Shown one piece after another: positions 1-15,200 of a stretch of DNA of 60,000 nt; position 1 is the first letter of the stretch; each line of letters starts with the position of its first letter. Made by a program: the position numbers and the translations under genes. The notes below the pieces were generated by a model, which saw only the letters and a list, made by a program, of their open reading frames with translations, searched no databases and was not told the DNA's origin. The stretch comes from Botryllus schlosseri. Its lineage: Eukaryota. Location: NCBI GenBank assembly GCA_051294905.1, contig CM119371.1, positions 15,564,001 to 15,624,000 on the forward strand, read 5' to 3'.

Positions 1-128
1 TGTTACGAACTACCGGGGTTTCAAGGATTCCACTTTATTATGAAAACTATAATTCACGTTGATAAATTCACCCTTAGTGACATGGATCGTATAATTTCAT
101 TACTCGACTCGAATCATACTCCATTCAG

Positions 129-272
129 ATTCCAGTGACCGCATTCCAGGATTGCCGCAAAGTGGTTGTTCAAGGCCAGGTACTACATGCGGGAAAAGGC
201 CCGTCTCTCCATCATTTGGTGGGAGCGGGGATGAGCCAATGCCTCCCTGGGTACTTGAATATGGATGTGACG
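129..272 (+). CDS. exon B1 (144 nt; ..SSDRIPGLPQSGCSRPGTTCGKRPVSPSFGG..EYGCD)
   Basis: ttcag|AT ... ACG|gtcagt; phase 1>1; all seven B copies are 144 nt and open. Confidence 0.75.
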
Positions 273-3200
273 GTCAGTATATGATTACGCTGGTCAGCAG
301 CCAAATTGCTTCTGAGACCAGACTTGGAAAACTAGAAAATCCTCAGTTTCACTAAATGGATTTGAATTACAATTAGAAATAAAGATACACACTTTTTTGA
401 TCGAATCGGAATGGAATTAGAGCTACACATTTCTTCCAAATCAGATTAGGATTAGAATTACTGCTACACAATTTTTCCAAATTAGATTAGAATTAGTTAA
501 TTCGCAAATATGAATGAAATTGCGAATGAGAAAGAATTAGCAGCAAAAATCAAGTTCAGCCCATCGCAAATCAAACATGAAATTGATTAACGTCGTGACA
601 CCAAGCTTGGCTGGTTTAATGAAACTCTCTCTCTATTTCCCACTATACAGTTGTCTTGCTACCTTGGCTGAAAACTCTTTTCTATGGAGATGAGGAAAGC
701 AGTCTCTTTGCCGCGGCGATGAGAGAACAGGAGGATTTGGCAGGTCCGAGTGCCAGAACATCAGCAAGGTAGGCAGTTGGTATTCCAACAAACGAACTAA
801 TTCATCTTAGATTTTATCAGTACATAACAGATTCCTCATTGAACATTTTATTTGTGAAATCTGATTTGATGCGGAATTGGAATCATGTTCTTGTTTGACC
901 GAAAAATGGCAAGATCTTTGTGTTGTAACTTGATCGGGCTGCTTCTCTTTTGGTAATCAAGGACAAATTATGTCTTCGTTTCTGTTTTTGCTGTTATCTT
1001 CGCTTACCTAAGTTGTGCTTTATCTTAATGATACAACTGGGTTCCGTGGGTGTGCTACGGGCCGGAATAAAAAAGATTGAAAAATCGGGTTCTGTTGTAT
1101 GAAATCAAGTCAAGGCCCCTTCTTATTTGAATGCGAAATCATAACGTCTCCGGCTACAACATTGGCGGAGTTGATATGTGCGAGATTATCTGGTTCCTGC
1201 AGTAGAGGCGTTTGTGCATATATTTAGCCCGATAAATCCGATATAATTTAAAAAATCCTGTATCAAAACACCCCCTATTTTTCTCCCTTTACTACGCGCC
1301 TGGTGGTGGTATGTTGTTCTGTATAACCTCAAAGTACAAAACATGCTTGTGAAATATGCTGCGAAATATGTGTTACAGCAGGGGTGGGTAAACTACGGCC
1401 CGCGGGCCGCATGCGGCCCTCCACACCGTTCTGTGCGGCCCGCGAGAGTCTAAAGAAACTTATTAAAAATATTGATCAAATGCGTATTAAAAATCGCATC
1501 ATTGCAGGGACTTGATTTAACTTTTGCTTGGTATATTTCACCATGATAATTCTAAGGCAGTGGATCTCAAACTGGCGGCGGCGCACCTCCTTGGGGGCGT
1601 GAAAGCATCTGAAGGGAGGCGCATAGCTGAGATCAACTAAAAAATAAACATCTCATTCAGATTTATTGCTCTGTATTTAGTCTAAATTTCATATTCACAA
1701 ATTTCTCATCCACAGTCGTAACCTTCCATGCCATCAAACTACCAGTTAGGAATTAGGATTGCTAGCATCCTGGTTTCATTTTGTGATATGACGCTATTAG
1801 GGGAGCGCGGAATCTTTTACCATCATAAGAGGAGGTCTTGAAAAGTTTGAGAACCACATGTTCCATTGTAAATGCTTCCTATATTATTTTTTATGTTTAA
1901 TTTCTGGCGTTACAGCCCGATCTCAAGTCCCACGCAGTTTAAAAGGTTGCAGCTTCTACACATCACAGAAGTCCTAATCGAGATTGACATAATTCGGATT
2001 CCGAGTGTGATTTCAGATTGACCACTCCAGTTTTAAATATTTCAGTGATGTGCTTATAAAAAAACGATTCGCGCATGTCTTTGGTAGATTCGTTCTCTGT
2101 ATGCGTAAAATTATGGTATTCATGTTTTATCCACACATATGGTAGAAGCGTGTTTGAAGCTAACATGGTTACGAATGCTGTCAGCATTGTATTTCCTCGA
2201 ACTGAACCAAAAGTGGAATTAGTCAATCTATGAACAGATCTCTCTTCACAGATATAAAATTCAATCCTGATCTAAGAATCAGGACAACCGTCTTCCATCT
2301 CTATAGTTTTAACAAATTGGTTATTGAGGTCGACCAGCCTATGAAATCTCGTCACTGTTTCTGACGCGTGTACGATATCATCAAAGCAATGTTTGGATTG
2401 TTTTAAATAAGTATACATGTCCTCACTATATAATCAAATACCAATACTGCGTTTTAGTTTATAATCCTAATTTTATATAGTGCGGCCCGCGAATGGATTC
2501 AAATGTTGAATGCGGCCCGCGAGCTCGAAAGTTTGCCCACCCCTGTGTTACAGTAACGAAATTTATTTTGGAAAATTGCTACAAGTCACTTTTTGTAAAT
2601 GGCAGGTGTGAGGAAACTGTACCATCTATGGGAGGGATAACGAAACCTTTGCAGGCCTTATTGGACTCTCTTCTCTCTGCAGCACAAGAGCGGCACCAAA
2701 ACAGTTTTCTCCCGCCAGCAGAACAGGTTTCGAGAAGTGAGTCTAACTGTAGGAGTATAGATTATCAACATAAAGATGGATAAGTGGCTCCTGTCGTCAC
2801 GCTCACATGTACAATGCGGTTGACTGCTGAGCTGGGCAAAATCAGCATTATTAGTACCGAAATTTTCTCTGTATAATGCACAAAATTTTACAGATTTTTA
2901 GTCCTAAAATCGAGGGTGCACGGGTGCAACAAGCATTAAAAAAATCTCCCTCGAAATAACACTTGAAATCACGCCTTTCCTCATGTTCGTATTAATCGCG
3001 CATCACATTCAGCAATCGTGCCCAGTAATTCGTATTATCAGTGTTACGCGCTGCCAATTACTGAGAAGCGTCTGCACTGCACAACAGCGTGTGATCTCCT
3101 GTTAAGTTGGTTAGCCGTTTGTACGCGAGTGAAATTAGGTCATTGATTGCTCCTTACCTGCTCAGCAATCCTCGCTAATTTATCGCATCTCCATCATTCC

Positions 3201-6200
3201 TGGTGCGCACGAGATAAACGTAGCACGAGATAATCATTGTATCTTTCATACGTTCGGATTATACGCGAAAAGATGGTGTAACCCATGAGAGCGACCAATC
3301 ATTCAATGATCGTGCGTTTTACTGAGCCTCCATTGTTCCCTCACAAATAAATTGATCGCAAACGAAGTGATCGAAGCTTACAGCTTACGTTGCCGTAAAC
3401 TAGTATAGTAAAGTAATTAAATAGCAAATGTGTACTTCTGTTCTCTGTTCCTAACTTAACCAAGCCTCCTGTTTTATTGAAATTGAATTCCAATATAATT
3501 TATACAGCCAGCAACCATCGACGCAGACTGGAATTGTATCATATCAATTTGTAAATGGGCAATGTATTGCATCTAATCAACTCATTTCTCTATTCTCTAT
3601 TTTGGCTGGTAACTATAATAATCAGAGGGTATGCAATTCTACTTACGTAGTTAAGCATTTCTGCGTATATGTGAGTAATAAAGCACCTTCTTGCGTTTCT
3701 ATTTCACTCTATATTTGTTCATAGATCCAGCATCAATGACCACTCAATCGGTATTTCAGACAGCTAGCAAAATGCATTGACGTAAGCATGCCTCATACTT
3801 CGAAAAAGGCAACTTGACTTGAATTGTGACTTGACTCGTGACTCGACTTGACTCGACTACACTTGACTCGAGTCACTTCCAAAATTCAAGTGACTTGACT
3901 CGAGTCAAAATGTGCAATGACTCGAAATGACTCGTGACTCGAAGGTAGTGACTTGATCCCAACACTGGCCAATGATTGAAACCAACCTTGAAAAGCTCTC
4001 AAAGTCTGAACATGAGGATCATTCCAAAGATTGGTACCGATAGTTTGTTCAAGTTTCGGTGATAATTCTGCGGGTTGATCATGACTTCAGAGAAATGTCG
4101 TTTTCACTACTTGCATGGATTTGTACGACGTGTATCGTACGCTGTGTTACGAACTACTGAGGTTTCAAGGATTTCACTTTATTATGAAAACTATAATTCT
4201 CGTTGATAAACTCACTCTTAGTGAAGGATCGTATAATTTCATTACTCGACTCGAATCATCAGAATACATACTCCATTCAGATTCCAGCAACCGCATTCCA
4301 CGGTCGCCGCGAAGGGGTTGTTCCAGGCAAGGTATTAGACGCGGGAAAAGGCCCGTCTCGCCATCATCTGGTGGGAGCGAGGCTGTGCCAACGCCTCCCT
4401 CGGCACCTGAACATGGATCTGACGGTCAGTATAAGATTACGCTGGTCAACAGCCAAATTGCTTCTGAGACCAGACTTGGAAAACTAGAAAATCTTTAGTT
4501 TCACGAAATGGATTTGAATTACAATTAGAATTAAAGATAGACACTTTTTTGTTCGAATTGGAATAGAATTAGAGCCGCACAGCTCTTCCAAATGAGATTA
4601 GAATTAGAATCATACAATTTTTTTCCAAATTAGATAAGTATTAGAAATTGGAGTCACACTGTTTTCGCTAAATTAAATTAGAATTAGAGACATACATTTT
4701 TCTTCAAATTAGATTAGTATTAGAATTACAGCTACACAATTTTTCCAAATTACATTAGAATTAGTTAATTCGCAAATATGAATGAAATACCGCAGCAACC
4801 ATAGCAAATCAACATGAAATTGATTAACATCTTGCACACCAAGCTTGGTTGGTTTAATGAAACTCTCTCTCTTTTTTCCACTATACAGCTCTCTTGCATC
4901 CTTTGCTGGAAACTCTTTCCGGTGGAGATGATGGACACAGCCCCTTTGCAGCGGCGGTGAGAGAACAGCAGGATTTGGCAGGCCCGAATACCAGAACATC
5001 AGCAAGGTGGGCAGTTGTTATTCCAACAGCCGAGCTAATTCATGGTCAATTTTATAAATACATAACAGATTCCGCATTGAACATTTTAATTTGTGAAACC
5101 TGATTTGATACGGAAACGAAAATCATTTTCTTAATTGAACGTAAAATGGCAAGATCTATGTGTTATAACTTTATCGCGCTGCTTCGCATTTGGTAATTAG
5201 GGTCAAATTATCTCTGTGTTTCTCTTTCTGCTGTTATCTACGATAACCACAGTGGTGCTATATCTTAATGATAATTCTACTGGGTTCGGTGGGTGGGCTA
5301 CGGGATAGATTACCATTTGTGAAACTGCTTCTGTTGTATGGTATCAAGTTAAGGTTGCTTCTTATTTGAATGCGAAATTGTAACGTCTCCCGCTACAACA
5401 TTGACTGGGTTATATATATGCCGATAGTGTATTTATTGTGTGCGAGATTATCTGATTCCGCAGTAGAAGCGTTTGTGCTTATATTTAGCCCGATAAATCC
5501 GATATAATTTAGAACATCCTGTTCGCGAAAGGCCCCTTTTTTCTCTGTTGGATACACGCCTGGTTGTGATATGTTTATTTACATCACCTCAAATTATGAA
5601 ACATGCTTGCGAAATATGCTGTGATATATATGTGTTACGGTAACTGAATTCATCTCGAAAATCGCCACAAGTCATTTCTCTTAGTAGCAGGTGTGAGGAG
5701 ACCGAACGGCCCCAGGAAGAGAAAACGAAACGTGTGCACACCTTATTGGACTCTCTTACCTCGGCGGCAGAACCCACGGTTCAACAGCTTTCAAAAGGTA
5801 AGTCTAACTGTAGGAGTATAGATAACCAACCTAAGGATAGATACGCAGCTCCTGTCATCATGCTCACATGCACAGTGTAGTTGACCGATGAGCATTGCAA
5901 ATTCAGCGTTATTGGTAGTCCTATAGCTGGGAACATGAGCGATAAAATTCAATCAAACTTGACTGAATCGACAGCTAGTGTTGCACCTATTTCGTAAATG
6001 CATATTAAAATCTCAAGAGCTTCATGAAGGTACAGAACTTCGAAATACAATTTTAGTAGCCTATATTCATATTGAAACGAACCCGAATCTGATCAGAGCA
6101 TTGAAACCAACCTCAAAATAGGTTTCAAGGATTTCACTATATTATGAAAAGTATGATTTTTGTTGATAAATTCTGTCTCAGTGATAAGGATCGTATAATT

Positions 6201-9200
6201 TCAGTACTCGACTCCAATTATCAGAAGTAATGCCCTATTCAGATTCCAGCAACCGCATTCCAGGATCGCCACCAAGGGGCTCTTCCAGTCAAGGTATTGA
6301 AAGCGGGAAAAGGCCCGTCTCGCCATCATCTGGTGGGAGCGGGGCTGCGCCAAAGCCTCCCTCGGCACATGAGCATGGATATGACGGTCAGTATTAGATT
6401 TCGCTGGTCAACAGCCAAATTGCATCTGAGACCAGACTTGGAAAACTAGGAAATCATCAGTTTTACTAAATGGATTAGAATTAGGGATATCTTTCAATAC
6501 AACATCCATTGTAGTAAAATATTTATTCAACTCGAAGACTTTTCGGGTGCCTCTTTTCAAGAGCTAACGGCACACTGAAGGGATTTTAACAGAATGAAAA
6601 GCAAAACCAGGAAGGCAAAGTATGACGCAACAATCAGAAATTACATACCATGAAGTCCGCAATGTAACGATGGCAACAATAACAAACTTGAAGAGTACGA
6701 TACAAGTAACATAGCATTTTGAAACCAAACAATAACAAACACGAATTAGAACTCACTAACTCTTAAAACTCTTGAAAAGAGGCCCCCGAAAAGTCTTCGA
6801 GTTGAATAAATATTTTACAACAATGGATATTGTATTGAAAGCTGTCTTCAAGTTCTGTACCACAAACCAACTGTTAAAAAAAATTAGGGATATACGGTTT
6901 TTCGAATTAGATCAGTATTAGAATTAGAGCTACACAGCTTTTCCAAATTAGATTAGATTTATTATTGCACAATTGTTTCCAAATTAGATTAGTACTAGAA
7001 TTAGAGCTACATAGTTTTTTCCAAATTGCATCCGAATTAGAATTACACCTGCACAATTTTCTACAAATTAGATTGAATAGTAGGCTGACACTCGTCAGGG
7101 GTAGTCGTCAGCAACTAGTAGAGAATTGGAAAGAACGTTGTATATCAACAATCGTATCACGAAATACGACGTCACCAGCATGAAATTTGGAATGAGAGAG
7201 CGTTCAATGTACTATTTTTAGGTGGTACACGAACTCCTTTTGTTGACAGAGTGATAAAAGTCGACTCCGAGGCACACAAACGAAAGTGTGAACGGCCCCT
7301 TCCAACGACACGAAATCTGTCGTCTCCATAATTATTCGCACAAATCGGATTATCTAACAGATGTTTGCCGATCGCAGAATTAATGGCCTTTGATAGGTCA
7401 TCATCAAGTTTAAGCGGATGAGTTAAGGGTGAGCTTTTCACCTAGCGTATTACATGTGCTCTGATAAATATGGGGACACACTTGTTTATGCGTTCCTGCG
7501 GACGCTGTGACGATCCTGATGATCTGATTCTGCCATCGGCAAACATCTGCTAAATAATCCGATTTGTGCGAATAATTATCCAGACGACAGATTTCGTATC
7601 GTTGAGAGGGGCCGTTCACATTTCCATTTGTGTGCCTTGGAGTCGACTTTTATCAAAATACACCAACCAAAACTCTGTCAACAAAAGGGGTTTGTGTACC
7701 ACCTTAAAATAGTACATTGAACGCTCTCTCATTCAAAATTTCATGCTGCTGACGTCATATTTTGTGATACGATTGTTGATAGACAGCGTTCTTTCCAATT
7801 CTCTACTAGTTGCTGACGATTATCCCTGACGAGTGTCAGCTGAAAATATCCAGGTTCATCTCAATATGAATATACTATTCAACTGTATATTGAAGTTTTA
7901 TACCTCCAAGAACCTCTACAAATTAGATTAGAATTAGTTAATTCGCAAATATTGACTGAAATTCCGAATGAGAAAAAATTTAACGTCCGTACACCAAACT
8001 TGGCTTGTTTATTGAAACTCTCTCTCTCTCTTTCGCGCTATACAGTTCTCTCTTTGATGGAGATAATGTTGCAGGTACACCTACGAGTTCTCAAGCATCA
8101 GCCTTGGGATGAGCAAAATTATTTCTCTTTTCCAGTAACTCAAAACATCAAATTCCACGCTCTCAAGCTCTGCTGCGAAATATCTTTCCACTTCATTCCC
8201 AAATATATTTTCTTTGGACAGATTTGAAACAATATTCCTCTTTTTTCTTGATGTAGCTGAGAGCCTGTGTTAACTATGATATTTTCTTCGGTGCTGTTCT
8301 GTTTGTGATCAAAACTAGAAGTTGTTTGCAGGCTACAAGCTACTATGCCAGCGTGGGTATTTTATTTGTCAATAACTATTATGACTGTACGGTTTATTGC
8401 GTCCTTCAAAATGTCGCGGACATGTAGTATTGGAAATATTTGATACCAAAATTCAGTTGCAGAATCAACGACAGATCACAGTTCACGGGAGCCAACTGCA
8501 AAACCTGCTGGGAAGGCCAAGTCCAAGTCGACACCCAAGGCCAAGTCAACAAGGTGAGGTTGTACTCAGTAAAAAAGTTTTGCCCTTGGTTGTAGTGACT
8601 CGAGTTGCAATTTTTCTCTGACTTGACTCGAGTCATTTTGTTATTCATGGAAAATGACGTAACTCTTTGTGTATTAACCTGACCAAGTCATATGACCGGA
8701 GACATTCAATATGGCTTGGTTATGCAATTGTTTTCCCCTCGTGTCAAATGAAAGCAGAAAATTGCTTGGCGGGCCGAGTCATAAATTTAAGAGTATATCC
8801 CGCGATTCATTAATTGTATTTCTGAATTGAAAGCAGTGAATTACATTGTTAATACATGGAGCTCAGTGGATGTATTGGTATTTGACGATGAGAAAGTGTC
8901 GGTTAATTATCAATAATAATAATAATTCGCTGTCATCATTCCAAACAATGGTGAATATGATACATTTTAAAATCTCTTTTTTACTCACGGACACAATTTT
9001 TTATTAGGATCATAAAAATGTATTCAGGATACTGCAGAGCTTGTCTTGGTCGCAGCCTCCCGAGCTGTGTACAGCCTGGTGAAATAGACTTTATTGTTGA
9101 TGGACGGCGACCTCCCCACGACGAACTAATAGGACTCCAATAAATGAAGATTTAGTGCTCCAAATATTCTTGGAATTTCAGCCGCCCTCCCGCTCATTGT

Positions 9201-12200
9201 TTCAACGCCTATTCAATTGCACTTGGTGAAAATGCCGAGTCATTTGGACTTCACAGATGTCTCTGTTCCGCCAACGTTAGTTTTGTATGCTTCAATACGA
9301 CCAATCTTGCTTGAGAAGGCTCGTGACAAATTAACTCTTGCTGGCAATGAGCATATAGTTTCGGTCCTTGAAATAATCATCAAGTCATACGTGGCTTGAA
9401 ACTAGGGCTGGGCAAAACCGAGTACCTGAGTGATTCGATTCTGAATCACGTAAAACGCGTCGAGTCGAGTATTCGAGTATCACTCATTATGACGTCACAA
9501 CATAATATATTATGTAAAAGTTTAAAAATGTACCTTTTATCCCACCACAAAGAATATAATGCCTGGTATCCGTCAATTAAAGTTTCTTTGGTATTTTTTC
9601 GACCATACCGATTTCAATGCTCTTGTTGACAATGCTGTTAGATGATGATAACTTTTAAAATGTGTTATTTCCAGTAACGTTCGTAGCTTTGTACAATGTC
9701 TCGTATGCCGCGACACGGCCAATAGAGGTTTCAACGCTTCCTCAGTGGAAAATGGTATCAAAACTATAATTCTCGATAGTAAATTAACTTTTAGGTATGA
9801 GGAGCGCATAATTTCAGTACTCGAAAAACTCGTCTTTTACTACTCGACTCGAATCTTTACAATTAATACTCGATTCAGATTCGAGTACTCGAATCATTAT
9901 GCCCAGCCCTACTTGAAACGTTGGACTCATTTCTCGATTCATGTTCGATGACTCATGTCATTGGCATCATTATCCAATGCTGTCTATTGGCAGTTTCGAG
10001 TACCAGTGAAGCGTCTTTACATTTTTATTAGTTCGATTTTAACCTCCCTATTTACAAACAGGGTCCAGGAATCCAAGGAATGCGAGGGCGAAGGTGCGTA
10101 TGACGTGACGTTGGTCTCCCTTCTATGATCTTGGGCGGATGGATAGAACATGCGTATTTTTTCAGGTGATGAGATTTCCTCCACCGAAAGTGAGGTCTCG
10201 AACGACGACTCGTATTCTATGGGTAACCTACTACCAGGATGCGTGCGTCAACTAAAAAAGAAATTTCTTCCCAGGTGAAAGAGTTTTTAAAAATTTTCTG
10301 CTGGAGTTTTTATCGCCGATATTTGACGCCCAACTAAAATCTATCCCAACAATGGCATATTCTACTTGCGGAAAGTTTGACACAGACCGGGATGAAATTG
10401 TCCTATCTCGCATTCCGTATTCACATTGCACACACATTGTATAAATGTGATTTCCTATCGTAGCAATTCCTGCCTGGCACGAGAAAAATCTCAGTAAGAA
10501 ATATTAGAATAAAATTGTTGTACTTCGTAGAGAATGGGGATGGTGTGAACCTTTAAAAGGTTCAGATTCGCGTCGTGAACCTTTTTGAAAGGTTCTGTGT
10601 GAACGCGAACGTGAACCTCATGACGTCATATTGCTGATTCCAACCCAACATTTCAGTGAAGTGATAGCGTATACAAATGTATAAGTTGTACTCGATGCCT
10701 AGCGACGAGTCGGGCCACAAAATGCTACAATGCTGAAATACATATTGACGTTTTAAATAACGTCAAATGTATCAACTGGGGCAATCAAATAATATAATGA
10801 TCCCATGAAATCAATATCTGTCGTCGCTTTGCCAACAAATTCGACGACGACTTGCAAGGAATATTAGCTTACGCCGTAACGGTCTAGGTCAGTCCAGACA
10901 ATGTATTCGGCGTCTGACATTCATTGATCAGAGTGCAAAGCGGGTTTCTATACTTGATGCTAATATTACCCCATTCACAAGTTACACAGTAGTAGCCAAC
11001 ACCCCAATCACACGGATTTGGTTTTTATATTACAATATATATATGAAGTCAAGATTGACCATGTACGCCTGCTAGATTTTGTACATCAAACAACGATATC
11101 AATTTCGTTAATTGGTTGGATGAACATCATTGGCCGACTACCTATATGTAGTGTATTTTGCTTTTGACGTTGTGTGATGGCGGGTCAATCTCACAGCAGA
11201 AAATTTTGAGATTGTCAAGGCGCATGCTCGTTTGATGGTGATTTTTTTTACGCTACCAGCGCCATGCATAGAGTGGACCGCAATTGAAATGCAATCAATT
11301 TCAACCAAAGATCTTATAATGAAGCTAAAATTGTAATATATGAAAAAGGTTCACAGTGCAGAACCTACCAAGGTTGGGTATAACATATTCTGACGGGATA
11401 CATTACCATTTGTCAAAAGGGTTCAGTTGTATGGTATCAAGTTGAGGTCGCTACTAATTTAAATGCGAAATGATGCGAAATCCCGCTTCGACATTGGCGG
11501 GGCTTTGTACATGAGTGTAGAGTTGTTGATATGTGCGAGATTATCTGATTCCTGCAGGAGAGGCATTTGTGAATAGATTTAGCCCGATAAATCCGGTATA
11601 ATTTAAAACATCCTGTTTTTGAAGCACCCTATTTTTCCCCTTCGTTCCCATCACCTCAAAGTATGAAAATGCTTGCGAAATATGCTGTAAATTATATGTG
11701 TTTGTGGATTTTGATTCATTTTCGAAAATTGCTATATGTCAATTTTTGTTAGTAGCAGGTGTGAGGAGACCGAACGGTCCCAGGAAGAGAAAGCGAAACA
11801 TGTGCAAACCTTATTGGACTCTCTTACCTCGGCAGCAGAACCCACGGTTCAACAGCTTTCAAAAGGTAAGTCCAACCGTAGGAGTATAGATAACCAACCT
11901 AACGATAGAGATGCAGCTCCTGTCATCATGCTCACATGCACATGCGCAGTGTAGTTGACCGATGAGCATGGCAAATTTAGCGTTGTGGGAAGTCCTATAG
12001 CCGGGAACACGAGCGATAAAATTCAATCAAACTTGACTCAATCAATAGCTAGTGTTGCACCTATTTCGAAAATACATATTAAAATCTCAAGAGCTTCATG
12101 GAGGTACAGAACTTCGAAATACAATCGAATGGTGTATTCATATTGAAATGAACCCGAATCTGGTCAGAGCATTGAAACCAACCTCAAAATAGGTTTCAAG

Positions 12201-15200
12201 GATTTCACTATATTATGAAAAGTATGATTTTTGTTGCTAAATTCTGTCTCAGTGACAAGGATGGTATAATTTCAGTACTCGATTCGAATCATCAGAATTA
12301 ATGCCCTATTCAGATTCCAGCAACCGCATTCCAGGATCCCCACCAAGGGGCTCTTCCAGTCGAGATATTGAAAGCGGGAAAAGGCCCGTCTCGCCATCAT
12401 CTGGTGGGAACGGGGCTGCGCCAAAGCCACCCTCGGCACCTGAATATGGATATGAAGGTCAGTATGAGATTTTGCTGGTCAACAGCCAAATTGCTTCTGA
12501 GACCAGACTTGGAAAACTAGAAAATCTTCCGTTTTAAATGATATATTAGGATTCGAATTAGGGATATACGGTTTTTCGAATGAGATTTGAATTAGAATTA
12601 GAGCTACACAGTTTTACCAAATTAGATTACATTTATTATTGCACGATTTTTTCCAAATTAGATTGAATAGTATATTCATATTGAAATGAACCTGAATATT
12701 TTCAGCTGACATTCGTCAGGGGTAATCGTCAGCAACTAGTAGAGAATTGGAAAGAACGTTGTATATCAACAATTGATCACAAAATATGACGTCACCAGCA
12801 TGAAATTTCGAATGGGACAGCGTTCAATGTACTATTTTTTGAGTGGTACACGAACCCCTTTTGTTGACAGAGTTTTGGTTGGTGTATTTTGATAAAAGTC
12901 GACTCCAAGGCACACAAATAAAAGTGTGAACATCCCCTTCCAACGACGCGAAATCTGTCGTCTCGATAATTATTCGCACAAATTGGATTATCTAGCAGAT
13001 GTTTGCTGATGGCAGAATTAATGGCCTTCGATAGGTCAGCATAAAGTTTAGGCGGATGAGTTAAGGGTGAGCTTCTCACCTAGCGTGTTACATGTGCTCT
13101 GATAAATCTTGGGACACGCTTGTTTATGCGTTCCTGCGGACGCTGTCACGATCCCGATGATCTGATTCTGCTATCGGCAAACATTTGTTAAATAATCCGA
13201 TTTGTGCGAGTAATTATCGAGACGACAGATTTCGCGTCGTTGGGAGGGGCCGTTCACAGTTCCATTTGTGTGCCTTGGAGTCGACTTTTATCAAAATACA
13301 CCAACCAAAACTCTGTCAACAAAAGGAGTTCGTGTACCACCTAAAAATAGTACATTGAACGCTCTCCCATTCGAAATTTCATGCAGGTGACGTCATATTT
13401 TGTGATACGATTGTTGATATACAACGCTCTTTCCGATACTCAACTAGTTGCTGACGATTACCCCTGACGAGTGTCAGCCGAAAATATTTGGGTTCATTTC
13501 AAAATGGATGGACTGTTCAAATGTATATTGAAGTTCTGTACCTCCAAGAAGCTCTACAAATTAGATTAGAATTAGTTAATTCGCAAATATTGAATGAAAT
13601 TCCGAATGAGAAAAAATTTAACGTCTGTAGACCAAACTTGGCTCGCTTATTGAAACTATCTCTCTCTCTTTCGCGCTGAACAGTTCTTGTGCATCCTTGG
13701 CTGAAAACAAACTCATTTTGATCGAGAGGATGTTGCAGGCACACCTACGAGTTGTCGAGCAGCAGCCTCGGGATAACCAAACCGCTCCATCTTTTCCAGT
13801 AACTTCCTGTCTGTTCATTGTATCGCATTTTTTGTGGTGTATTGAACTAATAAAATTGCTAATAAACCAATGACGATGATGATGAACATCACATTCCATG
13901 CTCTCAAGCTCTTCTGCGAAATATCTTTCCACTTCATTCCCTAATATATTTTCTTTTAACAGATCTTAAACAATCTTCCTCTTTTTCTTGATGTAGTTGA
14001 GAGCATGTGTTAAAAAGCCAGTGTTAACTATGATATTTTCTTCGGTGTTGTTCTGTTTGTGATCAAAACTAGAAGTTGTTTGCAGACTACAAGCTACTAT
14101 GCCAGTATGGGTACTTGATTTGTCAATAACTTTTATGACTGTACGGCGTCCTGCAAAATATCGCGGTTATGTAGTATTGGAAATATTTGACACCAAAATT
14201 TAGTTGCAAAATCAACGACAGATCACAGTTCCCGGGAGCCAACTGCAGAGCCTGCTGGGAAGGCCAAGTCCAGGCCGACACCCAAGGCCAAGTCAACAAG
14301 GTGAGGCTGTGCTCAGTAAAACAGTTTTTCCCTTGGTTGTAATGACTCGAGTTGCAATTTTTCTTTGACTTGAGACGAGTCAATTTGTTATGCATGGAAA
14401 ATGACCTAACTCTTTTTGTATTAACACGACCAAGTTACATGACTTGAGACATTCAATATGGCAAGGGTATGCAATCATTTTCCCCGCGTGTCAAATGAAA
14501 GCAGAAAATAGCTTGGCGGGCCGAGTTGAAAATCCAAAGTATATCCCGCGATTTATTCATTGTATTTCTGAATTGAAAGCAGTGAATTACATTGTTGATA
14601 CATGGGGATAAGTCGATGTATAGGTATTTGATAATAAGAAAGTGTCGGTTAATTATCAAAAATAATAATTATTCGCCGTCATCATTTATTAGGATCATAA
14701 ATATGTATTTAGGATACTGCGAAGCTTGTCTTGGCCGCTGCCTCCCGAGCAGTGTACACTCTGGTGAAATGAACTTTATTGTTGATGGACGGCGACGGCG
14801 ACCTCCCCATGACAAACTAGTAGGACTCTACTAAACGAAGACTTATTGCTTCAAATATTCTTGGAATTTCAGCTGCCCTCCCGCTCATTGTTTCACCGCC
14901 TATTCAATTGCACTTGGTGAAAATGCTGAGTCATTTGGACTTCACAGATATCTCTGTTCCGCCAACGTTAGTTTTGTATGTTTCAGTACGACCAATCTAG
15001 CTTGAGAAGGCTCGTGACAAATTAACTCTTGCTGGCAATGAGCGTATAGTTTGAGTACTTGAAATAATCATCAAGTCATACTTGACTCGAATCGTTAGAA
15101 TAATTTCTCGATTCATGTTCGATGACTCATGTCATTGTCATCATCATCCAGCACTGTCTATTGGCAGTTTCGAGTGCCAGTGAGCCGTCTTTACATGTTA

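Noticed and set aside
8332..8356. 25-nt micro-exon candidate (ttgcag|GCTACAAG...GTGG|gtattt) upstream of each D
   Set aside because: Not frame-neutral between B and D, and the donor is weak and variable.
9020..9400. Coding-looking segment (paralog 14710-15080), with vague Gypsy RNase H resemblance on the minus strand
   Set aside because: Stops in all frames, no convincing motif or phase-compatible splice pair.
10062..10093. Collagen-like Gly-X-Y reading of exon E (GPGIQGMRG)
   Set aside because: Only about three triplets; the phases of flanking exons D and F require the VQESKE frame.
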